The notes: generated by a model from the sequence alone, not told the origin. A stretch of 64,000 bases of DNA from Alloascoidea hylecoeti (GCA_001600815.1 BCKZ01000003.1:1523912-1587911); one strand, 5' to 3'; positions 13,201 to 25,050 are shown, numbered from the stretch's first letter. A program made the numbers and translations.

Positions 13201-13372
13201 GACGAGAGCGATTAGACTTTTCTAAAGGTTGAATATGAAGCCATTGCTTATTTGATTCTTTTCGTACGGTTTGAAATCCAAGGAGTTGATAGAAATAAAG
13301 AGTATCATCAAATATACTTTGATTCGACGTTTCCAGGGATAGGAAAGAGAACCCATTGACAAGGGAAGGCAT
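10220..13372 (-). CDS. PFK2: 6-phosphofructokinase with yeast-type N-terminal extension; mostly beta-like
   Basis: MTSGGDSPGMN, GGDGSLTGA, GSIDND, VEVMGRHCGWL, TTLGHVQRGG; regulatory half NVGAPAGG, PATISNNVPG, GHVQQGG. Subunit assignment is tentative. Confidence 0.93.
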   Translation of the reverse strand: MPSLVNGFSFLSLETSNQSIFDDTLYFYQLLGFQTVRKESNKQWLHIQPLEKSNRSRHSAASSMAPSVVGSAIPSRSHSPDRSASLPFHVSHTPTPGAIVHNLAISTSTPAKADDKKPGITILLQKTENGTSAKEVRAKKVSLLSIAKTNDWRSLKTSFVLYTPDLPRLSQVLDNYLLYSRSSFIQTQPNDIAPAEIYILDPLGNVLGFTSRTNPFSSVVPKFQKLEDAKHKHSQSGVATPTRRSFTDITQLIAPPVPMGLHGDGKRKIAVMTSGGDSPGMNAAVRAIVRTTIIKGCEPFAIYEGYEGLVTGGPECIRRMAWDDVRSWLSDGGTNIGTARSMRFKTHEGRLKAAENMIKAGIDALIVVGGDGSLTGADVFRSEWRDLLNELVTQQRITRNQLMAHRQLTICGLVGSIDNDMASTDSTIGAYSSLDRICKAIDYIDATANSHSRAFVVEVMGRHCGWLTLMAGIATSADYIFIPEKPAHGRSWEDEMCDIVKKHRSRGKRKTIVLVAEGAISENLDPITPDQVKDVLVSRLGLDTRVTTLGHVQRGGTAVAFDRILATMQGVEAVNAVLESSPEIPSPMISINENKINRKPLVDSVAATKLIAKKIDNKEFKKAMDLRTPEFAEHLNNYYKMNSADHDGVHLPEGKRLKIALINVGAPAGGMNAAVYAAATYCFYQGHKVYAINNGFSGLTKHESIKELEWLSISDWASLGGSELGTNRHTPGDTDLGLVSYYFKKYEFDGLILVGGFEAFESLNQLERARVAHPAFRIPMVCIPATISNNVPGTEYSIGSDTCLNSLVDYCDVIKLSSAASRKRVFVVEVQGGNCGYIASMAAMTTGAQAVYTPEHGVTLKQLELDIEAIREQFLTAAGRGREGKLFIRADKCSKVLTTEVIADIIREEANGRFSARTAIPGHVQQGGIPSPIDRTRATRLAIRAIQFIEQQQENILKLAVRYSAAPTPINYPVDDLSVTPDHEHWLDELSSTAAVLGVKDDRIVLTPVRKVYDYETEVTLRRPKKLHWKGYAEIAASLVDRVLEEETYE

Positions 13373-14309
13373 CTTTGACTACGCTGTTTGTTTGGGTTGA
13401 CAACTGAATTTCCAAAAAATCCTAGTTTAAGTAAACAGTGTAAGAAAGGAAAACAAAAGGAGGAGTAGAAATATATTTATATTGAATCAAGTGAACATCT
13501 GACGCATCTGCAGCATCAATAATTAAGTTTAATAACCAATTGCAACACACCACAATCAGAAATTTTCAAAACCATCTCAAAAAGATGTGATATCCGTTAT
13601 GGATGTCTTTGATTATGGCGTCGTTGTTTATTATTCCCGTACTAAATATACTGTAGGGCTCACTTTTCCATCACGGGAGGTGGTGGCCATCACCAGTTTG
13701 CATGATTATGCTCGGCACTACGGATCCTGCATTAATATTGAGATTTGGAGAATTTGGGATTAACAATTGACAAGAGGAAATGGCTTTGATTTATAGCATT
13801 AAATGTTCACCATGCACAAAGCCCAACAGGTGGTGTACAACCATGAATTTGAAAATATCATAATCAATTGCAATTGGAAAATGTTGTTTCAATAACTTAA
13901 ATATTAATATGGGATAGGTGACGTACTAGCCGCGAGGACATCTGCATCATAAGAATCACAAAGACTAAAGCATTTTTTAAAATTTAACAAATTTATTTAT
14001 CGCCTATATAAAAAATTATAATACTAGGGGAGACACAGAAGAATCTGATAGTTGTTTTTTAAAAATTTCACAAATATTTGACGTCTGAATTCGCACGTTA
14101 TAATTTCAATTGGGCTTGTGTGTGTACGTAATTCTCAATTCAACTTTAATTTATTAATTAGCAGCTTAATTATGTTAAAAGTGCATTGCAACAAAGAAAT
14201 AGTTATTGTTAAGGATTGAATGTAGGTTTTTTTGTACACCGATAAATAGTTTCGAGAAAACGGAATTATATTATAACCAATATTAATGCATTTATAATAA
14301 TAAATTTTA

Positions 14310-14960
14310 GAGGCATCACCAAGTATTTGAAGAAAGCTTAAGATGAATACAGCCCGGTCAAGGTTATACTGGCGCTTTACTTTGTTTCAGGTCGCAACTT
14401 CACCTGAAAATTTCAATATTATAAACTCTCAATACAAGGCCTCAAAATGTTCTTAAAATAGCGTAATCTATGGATATTCTATTAGTCTAAGTGAAATAGC
14501 ATATTATGTTTAGTATTTAGTACTAGCGCCCTTCATCTCATATTAGTGCCTGTCACTCTACGAGGCATGGAGTATCAGGAACCACAACCAACCTTTACAA
14601 TGCCGTACGGCCACTTATCCAAATTCCCGTCTATTTGATAAGACTTACAGACCCAGACTTCCCTATGTTATAGATATTGTTTTGGTTTGCAGGTCTGGCC
14701 TGACTGTCGTACCTGCATCCTGTAGCGGCATTCGCTACTAATACAACACCATCCCAAATGTAATGAAACCACTCCAGTCTATCTTTAAATTATATTATTC
14801 TGCCCCATTGGTTCTCTAGATTCAGAGAAAGCCTTTTATATGCTGAGCATACGCCATACTAATGCTTTTTAGAAAGGTTCTCACGGTGCGACTTTAGAGT
14901 TGTAACAGAGTGCCAGTTTAATCTACCAGTCTATACCGCTATACATTCGAAGTTCCATTA
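14310..14960 (-). mobile_element. Degenerate Tc1/mariner-family transposase relic
   Basis: Reverse complement aligns by eye with 24740..25040 (ACAATATCTATAACATAGGGAAGTCTGGG vs ACAATATTTATAATACAGGGAAGTCTGGG) and with 63040..63100 (GGTTGTGGTTC...ATACTCCATGC); frameshifted remnant of the W..VVFSDEC motif. Boundaries approximate. Confidence 0.7.
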
Positions 14961-16184
14961 TGGACCGCGGTAAGAGTAAATATTTAATCTTCAAATGGTT
15001 CCTATTGTTTTGTGCTCATAGCTATCCCTAATTAGTTCTTCAACTGCATTATTAATACATGTTCAACAAATTTTGAAACCACAGTTGCGACAAATATCAC
15101 CTTATAATTGGGTTGAACTATTAATAATATGAAGCGGGTAAACGGATTAACTATACCCAATCTAATCCGTTTAAAACTGCGGATCAATATTATATCTATT
15201 ATAATATGTAGTCTTCTTTGAAATGCCTATTCGAAACTTTGATGCAAACAATTAATACGGAAGACCTGAAAGCATAATTATTTAGGCAGACACTTTTTCA
15301 AATCTATAGTTATTTATAATTATTAGCTGATGTAGAAGTATTATATAGCTAAATAGCTATTTACGTGCCGTTATTGAATTATAATATGATTCAATTCAAC
15401 ACTTTTATCTGAAGTTATATGTCAGCTGCAATGAATCAGTGAATTGTGCATTGAAATCTGAATATCAATTACAATAAGTCTATATATAGAGATAGGTTAA
15501 TGTAAGAAAGATAACCATGTATAATTTTCTATAAGGCTTATTGCTATTAAATTGCTAACCATGATTGTATTATAAGCTGGCAGTTGTATTGTCGGTTTCC
15601 ATTACTTTCCTTTTTGGAATATAAAATTGAATTTTTATGCAAAGGAAGACATCCTATTTCATCGGACACCGCTGTCGGTTCTCTCTTTTTGTATCAGATA
15701 ACTTTACATGAGTGTGTAAGCGCTACTATAGACGGCATATACCTATAGCTCTAGATAAAGATTATGTATCACGCCTGTGTGACTATGATAGATACCTATA
15801 CATGGTACAACTTTTAATCATAAAATATACAACTCTGGATCTGGTAGTTTCTAGTACATGCATGGAACGATATTTTACTGTAATCTGTAAGTGTTGTTGT
15901 GAACATATTCAAAAAATTGGCATATTCGTACAAGAATTCCACTTAATTTAGACCATAAATTAAGTAAATATTAGCCACGTGATTAATTAAATATTCCGTG
16001 TTAAATACAAATGACCGGGGATCACTCATTAATTTTTCGCAGCCCTTTGGTCACGATTTCCTTTAAAATGGAAATGGAAAATTTTTCAATGCGGATAATA
16101 ATAAAGGTTTTCTAAATCTGTAAAGTGAGAAGAATTCTGGTTATACATATATTAATATGTTTTAGGTTTTCATTAACGTTAATG

Positions 16185-16495
16185 TGATGGCCGAAATTTA
16201 GTGAAGGGGTGGACGGATATTTAGCCTCTTCTGTGGCATAATTAATCCGAATATTTTAATGCATCACGAGATTAAATAGTGGTCGAATATTTAGTTCACC
16301 TGGCTGAAATTAAGTAGACTGTTGTGCGTTACTATCGACCGGTTTTTAACCTATTATATTCGCCAACAATTGAGAAAAGACTCGCCGATATCTTAAACTA
16401 ATAATTCGGCCACATGGTGTATTAGTTGTCAACCGGTCATCCCACTTAATTTCGGCCACTTTTATGTCCAACAAAATGGTCAACTGATTAACATG
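16185..16495. repeat. Foldback cluster of TGG(C/T/G)CGAATATT-like motifs, related to the 27773 MITE
   Basis: Forward motif copies at 16188, 16210, 16280, 16301; reverse copies ending near 16365, 16412, 16458. Confidence 0.6.
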
Positions 16496-17099
16496 CGATA
16501 TGACTATTATTCATTACAATTGAGTTATAAGTATACTTTGATTAATGTTTACCGTAACATAGTGAATAATATATTTCATGGAAACCATCTGTCATATTAA
16601 TAAAATGAATGATATTAGTTTTACCGTATAGTCATAAAGGGTTCTGGAGAGTTTGAAGTGATAATTACATTTACAGATCCGATCAAAATTTTCACCAAGA
16701 GATGTCATAATCAATTTTTTTTGAAAACTAAATATTGTAAATAAATATTCTACCTAATACCATATTTCCTATTTACTATCCTCAATGTGCTCTGATTTAA
16801 TTTTCTTCCAGTTTTCAAGTTATATTTTATGAGAGACCTTTTTTTGCTCTTGTGTTTGTGTGTGCTAGAATCTGCCAACCTTTTGTCTGTGGTTCAGTAG
16901 CGAAAGGTATCTCATGGAGACTTTTAGACTAACCTTTTCTGCTCTTCTCCAATACATTATCCTTAAAAATGGAACATATCCTTCTGCTTTCTGTACAATA
17001 CTCTTCATTACGACAACAGCGGATTTTCTACAGCGCGTAATTTCAGGATGAGGATTTTAGAGGATTCCCCACATCACACCAATGACTTTTGTTATATAA

Positions 17100-17500
17100 A
17101 TATCCATTAATCATTCACCTCGATGGCCCTATGTAATCTCTAGTCTAAATAACCTAAATGAATGTGATATAGTTTAATATTAACCAAAACAACCTTTCGG
17201 TAAATCAAAAGGAGTGTGTACCAGTTGTGGTAAATCCGGCGATGTTGAATTTTGATGCACACCTAATTCGTTGTCATGAATGGCTGTCTTGTTGAAGTTA
17301 GCCTTTTTCTGGCGTGATAACTACCGATGACAGAGGAACATATTCTAGCAAGGGAGAAAATTTGTGCGGATGATCTCAGACGTTTTGATTCGTCACTCGG
17401 CATGAAAAATTTCCAACCGTTAACTATTTCGCTAGTTAATCAACATTATGAATATCACTTGCTTTATATTGATTTTCGTGGACCAAATTTTTAAGGGTGT
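17100..17500 (+). mobile_element. Possible retroelement gag zinc-knuckle relic
   Basis: 17217..17258 reads CTSCGKSGDVEF*C, exact CX2CX4(H)X4C spacing with GAT where CAT is expected and an internal TGA. Confidence 0.35.
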
Positions 17501-18854
17501 GATACCAAGATTTGAGATTAGTGATGAGAAACTGGTATTAATCCAATATGGGGACCTTAACATACTTTATGTCTCTGTATTTTTTTAAGCAAGCTCTAAA
17601 CCAATTTTGATTTCATACAGTGCCCATTATTGTATCGTTTGGGCGGCTTTTATTCTAGTGGCGACCTTGGGAGGCTATCTCCTGTCAAAAGCTTCACAAA
17701 ACAACCCCCAAAGACTGTCCGTGCTTATTATAGCACAATAGACCTGTGAATCCGTATGTTAATCCTCGTCTGAAATTTTATATTTCTCTCTTCCTCTAGC
17801 ATTCTTTTTTTTCTAACATTGAACTGGTTACGTCATTTTTTCAATCTTTGAAAGCGGTCTGTTCAGTTCAAGTGCAATTTATTCAAAACATTTAGGAGTT
17901 CTTGTATCTTTGCTCCTTTATTCAAGATGGCGTTCTTTTTCTTTTTTGTATTGCTATTTTCAGGGGTGGTGGAGAAAGAATATCCGGGGTTTATAGCTTT
18001 AGGTGATCTGAGCTTCTCCTTCTAACTGCCTCTACTAATTATAAGTCTACTCCTACTCATATAGTGGCCCTACATTAATACTATAAATGTAGCTATAATA
18101 CCGCTTTTGCAATTGCAATCATTCGAGCTATAAATCTATGTTATAGCTGATTGTTATAAATATAAAACTTTATATTGAAAATTTTGAAGCCTTGGTATTT
18201 CAAAAAATTGCCAATTGAAATTACAAGGCTAGAATTCACATTATTTGAGATTATTACTCCTAATCCTTTAATAATGAACAAATTAGCTTAAGCTTAAGAT
18301 TGTTTGCGGCATATCAATTTGTGATATCTAGAAAATATAAGGTTTAAGATGAAAAGATATGAATCTTATTTGTGGGGAGATTATCACTGACAGTGACACA
18401 CCTAAAAAGAAGAAATTCAAATCATAGGTAAAAAAATCGTTATAAACCCGTTATTTGATTAATTTCCTTGTTCTTCGTGTATCATAAAAAAAGACCCAAT
18501 TGTGAACCGTCACTGTATGAATACATGCCCTTGTGTGTTTTAATTCCGTGTATTGTTTCTCCTTGTCATAGAAGGCCATTACATAATTACACAAATAGGG
18601 AAATACGATAAAAACGTATAAGAAAGGGAGAACGTTTAACAATTGAAAATTTTAAATTTGTAATAAATGTAGTGATTTGAAAAATTTTCCCCAGAAAGTG
18701 ATCTATTCTACACAATAAGCAGAGCTTTAATTGGCTGATTCTCAAGTTCCTCTTCCCCGGCTTTTCAAAATACAAATATCTCGGATGTGCAGGTATCCGG
18801 GTCATGTGTGGGTCTGCGGGCTTCTGATAGTGAATCTTTGTGCAAAATTGCTTT

Positions 18855-18967
18855 CGATTAGTGGGGGCGGGGTACTCGATCAATCGGGTAGTGGGGGTGA
18901 CCCGACATAAAACAAGAATTGTATAAAGCGAGGATGAGCGGGATATAGCCAGTGCTTGTTATATAAA
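18855..18967 (+). promoter_or_regulatory. ACH1 promoter: Mig1/CreA-type GC boxes and TATA box
   Basis: GTGGGG at 18861 and 18891, GCGGGG at 18867 (SYGGGG consensus); TATATAAA at 18960..18967, ~70 bp before the ATG. Confidence 0.5.
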
Positions 18968-19034
18968 TGCGGCAAATGTTCCTTTTATTTTTCTTTCTTT
19001 CTAAAGTGGTCTGAAATTTTTCCTTCTTTTCAAA

Positions 19035-20597
19035 ATGTCATCCATTCTTAAATCCCGTGTGAGATATGCTCCCTACTTACAGAAGATAAAAACCGCTGAA
19101 GAGTGTGTTCCTTTCTTTAAGCATGGTCAGTATTTAGGTTGGTCTGGTTTCACCGGTGTTGGTGCGCCAAAGGTTGTTCCTACTGCTTTAGTTGAACATG
19201 TGGAAAAGAATAATTTACAAGGAAAACTTGGATTCAATTTATTCATTGGTGCTTCTGCTGGACCCGAAGAATCACGATGGGCTGAAAACAACATGATCTT
19301 AAGGAGAGCTCCACATCAAGTCGGAAAACCAATTGCAAATGCTATTAATGATGGAAGAACACAATTTTTCGACAAACATTTGTCAATGTTTCCTCAAGAT
19401 TTAACTTATGGGTTTTATACCAAAGAAAAGGAAAATGATAACTTGGATATTTTCATAATCGAAGCAACAGCTATTACAGAAGATGGTTCAATTATTCCAG
19501 GTCCTGCTGTTGGTGGTTCTCCTGAAATGATGTCAGTTGCCGATAAGGTTATTATTGAACTCAACACTAAAACACCATCTTTCGAAGGTTTACATGATAT
19601 TAATATGCCTGAAAATCCTCCATTCCGTAAACCATACCAAATCACAAAGGTTGACGATAGGGTAGGTACTTTAGGAATTCCAGTTGACCCAAGCAAAGTT
19701 GTTGCCATTGTTGAATCTGATGTTCAAGATAAAGTTGGTGCCAACACTCCATCAGATGAAATGTCTAGATCTATCGCTGGTCACTTAGTTCAATTCTTTG
19801 AAAATGAAGTTGCTCAAGGAAGATTACCAAAAAATTTACATCCTTTACAATCAGGTATTGGTAACATTGCCAATGCAGTTATAGAAGGCTTGGCTAGTTC
19901 CAACTTCGAACACTTGAATGTCTGGACTGAAGTATTACAAGATTCCTTCTTAGATTTCTTTGAGAATGGTAAAATGGACTTCGCAACATCCACTTCAATT
20001 AGATTAACACCAGAAGGTTTCAAAAGATTTTTTGATAACTGGGATCAATTCAGCAAACAAATCTTATTAAGATCACAAGTTGTTTCAAATTCTCCAGAAA
20101 TTATTAGACGATTAGGTGTTATTGCTATGAATACACCAGTTGAGTTTGATATTTATGGTCATGCTAATTCTACAAATGTTTCTGGTTCTAGAATGCTGCA
20201 TGGTATTGGTGGTTCTGGTGATTTCTTAAGAAATGCCAAGCTTTCAATTATGCACTCACCATCAACTAGAAAGACAAAGACTGATCCACTTGGTCTATCA
20301 TGTGTCGTTCCATTCGCTTCACATATCGATCAAACTGAACATGATTTGGATATTTTGGTTACTGAACAGGGTCTTGCAGACTTAAGAGGTTTATCACCAA
20401 AGGAGCGTGCTAGAGAAATCATCAACAAGTGTGCACATCCTGAGTATCAACCAATTTTGACTGAATACTTAGATAGAGCTGAGTTTTATTGTGCTAAGAA
20501 GAAGAGTTTACATGAACCACATATCTTAAGAGATGCTTTTAAGTTACATATTAACTTAGAGGAACATGGAACTATGAGATTGAAATCTTGGGATTAA
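19035..20597 (+). CDS. ACH1: Acetyl-CoA hydrolase / CoA transferase
   Basis: [78 protein letters not shown]. Confidence 0.97.
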   Translation: MSSILKSRVRYAPYLQKIKTAEECVPFFKHGQYLGWSGFTGVGAPKVVPTALVEHVEKNNLQGKLGFNLFIGASAGPEESRWAENNMILRRAPHQVGKPIANAINDGRTQFFDKHLSMFPQDLTYGFYTKEKENDNLDIFIIEATAITEDGSIIPGPAVGGSPEMMSVADKVIIELNTKTPSFEGLHDINMPENPPFRKPYQITKVDDRVGTLGIPVDPSKVVAIVESDVQDKVGANTPSDEMSRSIAGHLVQFFENEVAQGRLPKNLHPLQSGIGNIANAVIEGLASSNFEHLNVWTEVLQDSFLDFFENGKMDFATSTSIRLTPEGFKRFFDNWDQFSKQILLRSQVVSNSPEIIRRLGVIAMNTPVEFDIYGHANSTNVSGSRMLHGIGGSGDFLRNAKLSIMHSPSTRKTKTDPLGLSCVVPFASHIDQTEHDLDILVTEQGLADLRGLSPKERAREIINKCAHPEYQPILTEYLDRAEFYCAKKKSLHEPHILRDAFKLHINLEEHGTMRLKSWD

Positions 20598-21183
20598 ACA
20601 TTTTATAATTGCAATTGATTTTAGTCGCAAAGTAAAGCATTTGAATATGAGATGTAATTGGTATAAGGTATAAGTTTGGAATGGAATTTTGAAGGATGTC
20701 TTGATGATAGAGTTTTGTACACAAAATGTATAGAAGTTAAGCTATGTGTAGAAATTAAAAATAATAACATGTGGTAACAAACGCGGCTCATTCGTAGAAA
20801 TAATTGTTCATTTACGTGGTGTGTCGTAATTATATAAAGTTTACTATTTCCTGCTTGACCCTTGAGACAAATTCGTTGTGAGTTCAATGAGTTGTCAGTT
20901 CCACCCAAAGCTTTAAAATTATAGCTACGGATATAGGAGATATATCTTACAATTGATCAATATTATAAACTTACTTTAAAGATATAATTGCAAGTGTTTC
21001 ACGAAAATCTCCCACTTGCACAAAAGAATATTACGATCGTAAATTCCACATAAATGTTGGCAATTATTTTATTTAATCATAGTTAATAATCATAACTAGA
21101 GTATCGGTGAAATCCTCCAATTGAAGCTCCATAAACATGTGGAATCAATTGAAAGGGGTTGGAATTCATATACATGTATATCC

Positions 21184-21738
21184 TTAACCACCTCTATCAA
21201 GTAAACGTTGTTCTCTTTCATCACAATTTCTTTCTCTTTGCTCAACATTTCTCTCCCTCTGTTCAACATTTCTCTCTCTTTCTTCAATCTGCCTCAATCT
21301 TTGATCATTGTCTTGATTATTGCCATAACTCTGATTATTATTGTTGTTATCATTATGATGCTTCTCATTCTCTTCATCACTTGAATCATCACCTCCCATA
21401 AGTTTGTGTCCAAGGGCACCAACGGCAATACCACCAAGAGTACTAGCTACCAAAGCTCCTTTACCGAATTTTTTTGACTGTTTTTCTTCATGATTCTCTC
21501 CATAACTGCCACCTTGATATCTATCATCTCTACCTTCTTCATAGTCGTTACGGCCTTCATAGTTATTACGTCCTCCGTGGTTAGGACCTCCATAGTTATC
21601 AGGTCTTCCATAGTTATCCTCAGGTCTTCCATAGTTATCCTCGGGTCTTCCATAATTGTCAGATCTTCCATAGTTATTAGATCCTCCATTATTGGGGCCT
21701 CCATAGTTATTACGGTCATCATAGTTATTGTAACTCAT
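21184..21738 (-). CDS. Small hydrophilic protein: N/Y/G-rich heptad repeats, glycine-zipper helix, charged coiled-coil tail
   Basis: NYGRPED-type 21-bp repeats, GALVASTLGGIAVGALGH, ERERNVEQ repeats; TATATAAA upstream on the minus strand (~21838..21845); paralog at 63578..64000. Confidence 0.85.
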   Translation of the reverse strand: MSYNNYDDRNNYGGPNNGGSNNYGRSDNYGRPEDNYGRPEDNYGRPDNYGGPNHGGRNNYEGRNDYEEGRDDRYQGGSYGENHEEKQSKKFGKGALVASTLGGIAVGALGHKLMGGDDSSDEENEKHHNDNNNNNQSYGNNQDNDQRLRQIEERERNVEQRERNVEQRERNCDEREQRLLDRGG

Positions 21739-23317
21739 TTCAATGTGGTTTTAAGTATCAATTGATTTTATTCGGATAGGCAGGTAAATATACGAAATCA
21801 ATTTAGAATGAATGCGACCAGGGAGATTTTCTCCTTTTTATATATTTTCTGCCAAACAGTGCCAGTGCCGATCTGTATGGTTTACTGAATGATGACACCA
21901 CAGCAACAACGCATACTTTTAGCGATATTTAATCAACATGTCCACATCAATATTCATTTTCAGTTAATTCCAGGATAATTAATCTAAAAATAACAACCCT
22001 CCAAGGAACCGTGATTATCAATTGCAAGACAATATTTATAAACGAGTTAATTATGTTAAGACCCGAGCTGGGTACTGTTAATTATAAGAGTGACCGTGCC
22101 AGGTGTTTGATCATATAAAATTGTCTGATCTCCCCAAATGTAATAATATTGTATTGTATTGAGAATGGTAACTTTGTGTCAGGTGATCTTACCCCAAACT
22201 CTGTTTCCATACGTGTAGTTATTTCGTTTGTATATAAATAGATATAGCAAAAATCCTCAACTTGGTTCCTTTTTGCAAATCTTACAATTGCAGTTTCAAG
22301 TTTGCAACTGATCAATTTAATTATTTTTACTCTTATGATTATTAACGTTCGATCCGATCCGGTAAAGTTTCAAGCTCCGGCTCGGTAAAAGCAAACCTTA
22401 AGACAACATAGTACTCAGTTGAGAATTTGTATCAAAGTGGATTTACACAAATAGTATGATTATAATAACTCTGAATTTGAATAGTTAATTATCTAATTAT
22501 AAAGTTTCAGTTGTTCAAATGCAAAGAGAAGGCGGTATATTAGAATTGAGTTTACTGTAAATTCCACTATCAAAGATCATATATTATCTAACACCGTTTC
22601 AAAGAAACTTCCAAAATTCGAAGCTTTAGTTAAGGTGTTGATAACTTATTGATGAAGGAGGGATAAATCATGGACACAATTGACAGCTATTCACTGTGGA
22701 TATTCGATAATTTACCTTGGAAAATGGAAAATGAGATAGCTACATGTAGTAATTAATAGTTAAGCACCATACACGAATATTCCGTAAATTTGTGCATTTT
22801 CATACGTATTGTAATTGAGTGATATAAAGACGATTAATATCGCAAGATAATACATGTATATGCCAATGCCATATATATCATTCATTTCATAATTTGTACA
22901 CTCAATTGCAATAATGTGTATTGGAGATCACTTGTAAGCTGCCGGGGTATAACTTAACACTTAATAACTTGTAATCGGATTAAGCAATTAATGGTCCTTT
23001 TAACTCATAGATACACAGTTTTAATCTCACTCATATAAGTTGGAAATACCAATCAAATAAGTCTAGTCACCTTTGAATTTACTAGATAAACGATATGTTA
23101 ATGTATCAGATTGTATATCTGATAACATTAATTTTTCTAAAAATCATTAAATAAATTACTCTAATTAACTTCCGATTTGTTGGTCAGTTTGAATTGCGAT
23201 GGGATAATGCTTCATATTGTAAGTTAATCTCTGGATCCAATAATTATAAACAACTGAAAAATTTATATTTCTATGCTTAAATATTTATAATTAACCAATA
23301 TAGTTGATTATCTAGAT

Positions 23318-24184
23318 TTAATTAAATTCGTCCCATTTCCACTCACCGTCGTTCACAAAATCATTCTGAACATCCTTTCCATAGCTAGAACCTTTACCTG
23401 GACCTTGACCCATAATTGTATTGATGACAACTATCAACTCCTCCATAGAAGTAACACCTTTCTTAACCAGTTCATTAGTCTTTTTAATTTGTTCTTCCAA
23501 AGTAATGACAGTTATTTCCAACTTTTTTCCGGTTTGCTTTTCGTATAAATTGATGAAATGTTTAATTGGTAATTGAGCTGAGTTGATCTTAATCTTACTA
23601 GGAATGGTGGATGGATCCTTTGAAGCAAGACTTGCAACAACACGACCGACATCTGCAAGAGATGTAACCGAAACAGGATAGCCTTCTGTGCCAATTAATT
23701 CATATTTTCCAGAGGAAAAGTAATATGATGAAGGTCCAAGAAGGAATTCAGCAAATAAACCATTTCTAACCAATACAGTTTTCAAACCGGCAGCACGGGC
23801 AGCTTCATAATGTGATCTCTTACCATCAAAAACAGTTGGCCAANCACNNTCGTCATAGTNAGNACCAAATTCNGANGGAANATAAAGTTTGATTTTGNTA
23901 TTAGCAGCGGATTTAATGAGATTACTTGAATGCAGTCCTGGACTGGAAATGTTTACAAAAACATCAACACCTTTCAGGGCAGCATCTAATTCTTCTACTG
24001 ATGAATTTGGAGCAGAATAATATTTGACTTCAGCTGTATTCTTTTCTTTAGATGCATCACGAGTTATAACATGAATAGGGAAAGAAAACCTGTTAACAAA
24101 AAGAGGTGAAGTCAGGGCGGCAATTATTGGTTTCGCCAAAAGTCCATGGGCACCAAAAAGGGCAATAGTCGGTTTATATGACAT
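23318..24184 (-). CDS. NmrA-like / isoflavone-reductase-like NAD(P)-binding protein, copy A
   Basis: ALFGAHGLLA Rossmann start, LKGVDVFV, EFG..YD, F..K, GLFAEF, TSLADVGRVVA. Start set at MSYKP by comparison with copies B and C; contains N bases. Confidence 0.88.
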   Translation of the reverse strand: MSYKPTIALFGAHGLLAKPIIAALTSPLFVNRFSFPIHVITRDASKEKNTAEVKYYSAPNSSVEELDAALKGVDVFVNISSPGLHSSNLIKSAANXKIKLYXXXEFGXXYDXXXWPTVFDGKRSHYEAARAAGLKTVLVRNGLFAEFLLGPSSYYFSSGKYELIGTEGYPVSVTSLADVGRVVASLASKDPSTIPSKIKINSAQLPIKHFINLYEKQTGKKLEITVITLEEQIKKTNELVKKGVTSMEELIVVINTIMGQGPGKGSSYGKDVQNDFVNDGEWKWDEFN

Positions 24185-24699
24185 AATATATTTGCAAAGT
24201 GGAATTGGAAGCAACAATGGATATTTATATATTCTTAAAATATCATAACTGATATACCTTAACCTATCCTTTTATTGGCTCGGAGTTCGAATATATTCAA
24301 CTTAAATCAGCTTGAGTCTGAACGATTTCAGACTTTAGTCAAGATATATTATAATTATACCAAAAACACAATTCCTATCATTTATGAATAAGATTGATCG
24401 TATCAAATCAATGTAATTAAGCGAAGATCCTTAAATAATATTGTAGTGCAATTGCAAAGGAAATCATTAATTAATTATGGCATATAAAGTGAATTCGAAG
24501 GATTAATATTAATATTGATGTAGCATAAATTATCATCACGTGTAAGTAAAATCAGGGTAACTAGCAGCGAGCTATGTGTAATTGTGGGAACCTTCTGAGT
24601 GTTACGAAGTTGAAGATGTATTCGAGTAAACAAAGACTATAAATACATTACTCAAGTAAGGATAACACCTTAAAACGGTATGTACAGCCGAGTCCAGTC

Positions 24700-25050
24700 T
24701 AAAGTTGCGCTTTGGTTTTGTGTCACCTAACCACAAGAAGTTGTCAAGAACCCTTCTGAAAACATGGATATCAAACATTTTCGGCACGTAAAAGGCCTTT
24801 CGGAATGAAAAGAAATAAAGAAACAGAAGGATATGGAGTGAAGATATATCGGGGTGGTCTCAAGATGGGGTGATATTGTATTTAGTGACGAATGTTCAGT
24901 TGCTATTGAATCCAGACCCAGAAGAGTATATACTCGACGACAATCAGTTCGTGCCTTTAAATTTGAACCTCACAATATTTATAATACAGGGAAGTCTGGG
25001 GCTATAAATAATATGGCATGAGCTGAAATTTGGAAAGAAAACAACTGATA
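24700..25050 (+). mobile_element. Degenerate Tc1/mariner-family transposase relic (linker and first catalytic Asp)
   Basis: With frameshifts: LSRTLLK/HGYQTFSARKRPF.../RRIWS.../WGDIVFSDECSV...RRVYTRR...KSGAINNMA*AEIW; FSDE at 24881..24892. Confidence 0.85.

Noticed and set aside
6065..20023. Short antisense or alternate-frame ORFs inside DUF1640, FDH, PFK and ACH1
   Set aside because: Wholly within well-supported genes; typical shadow ORFs of biased codon usage.
7228..20597. FDH-PFK-ACH1 as a carbon-metabolism gene cluster
   Set aside because: Ordinary genes separated by multi-kb relic-filled gaps, with no shared regulatory evidence.
21159..21765. Alternate-frame repetitive ORFs (ITMEDL.., SSIVIL..)
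   Set aside because: By-products of the 21-bp repeats in the real minus-strand gene.
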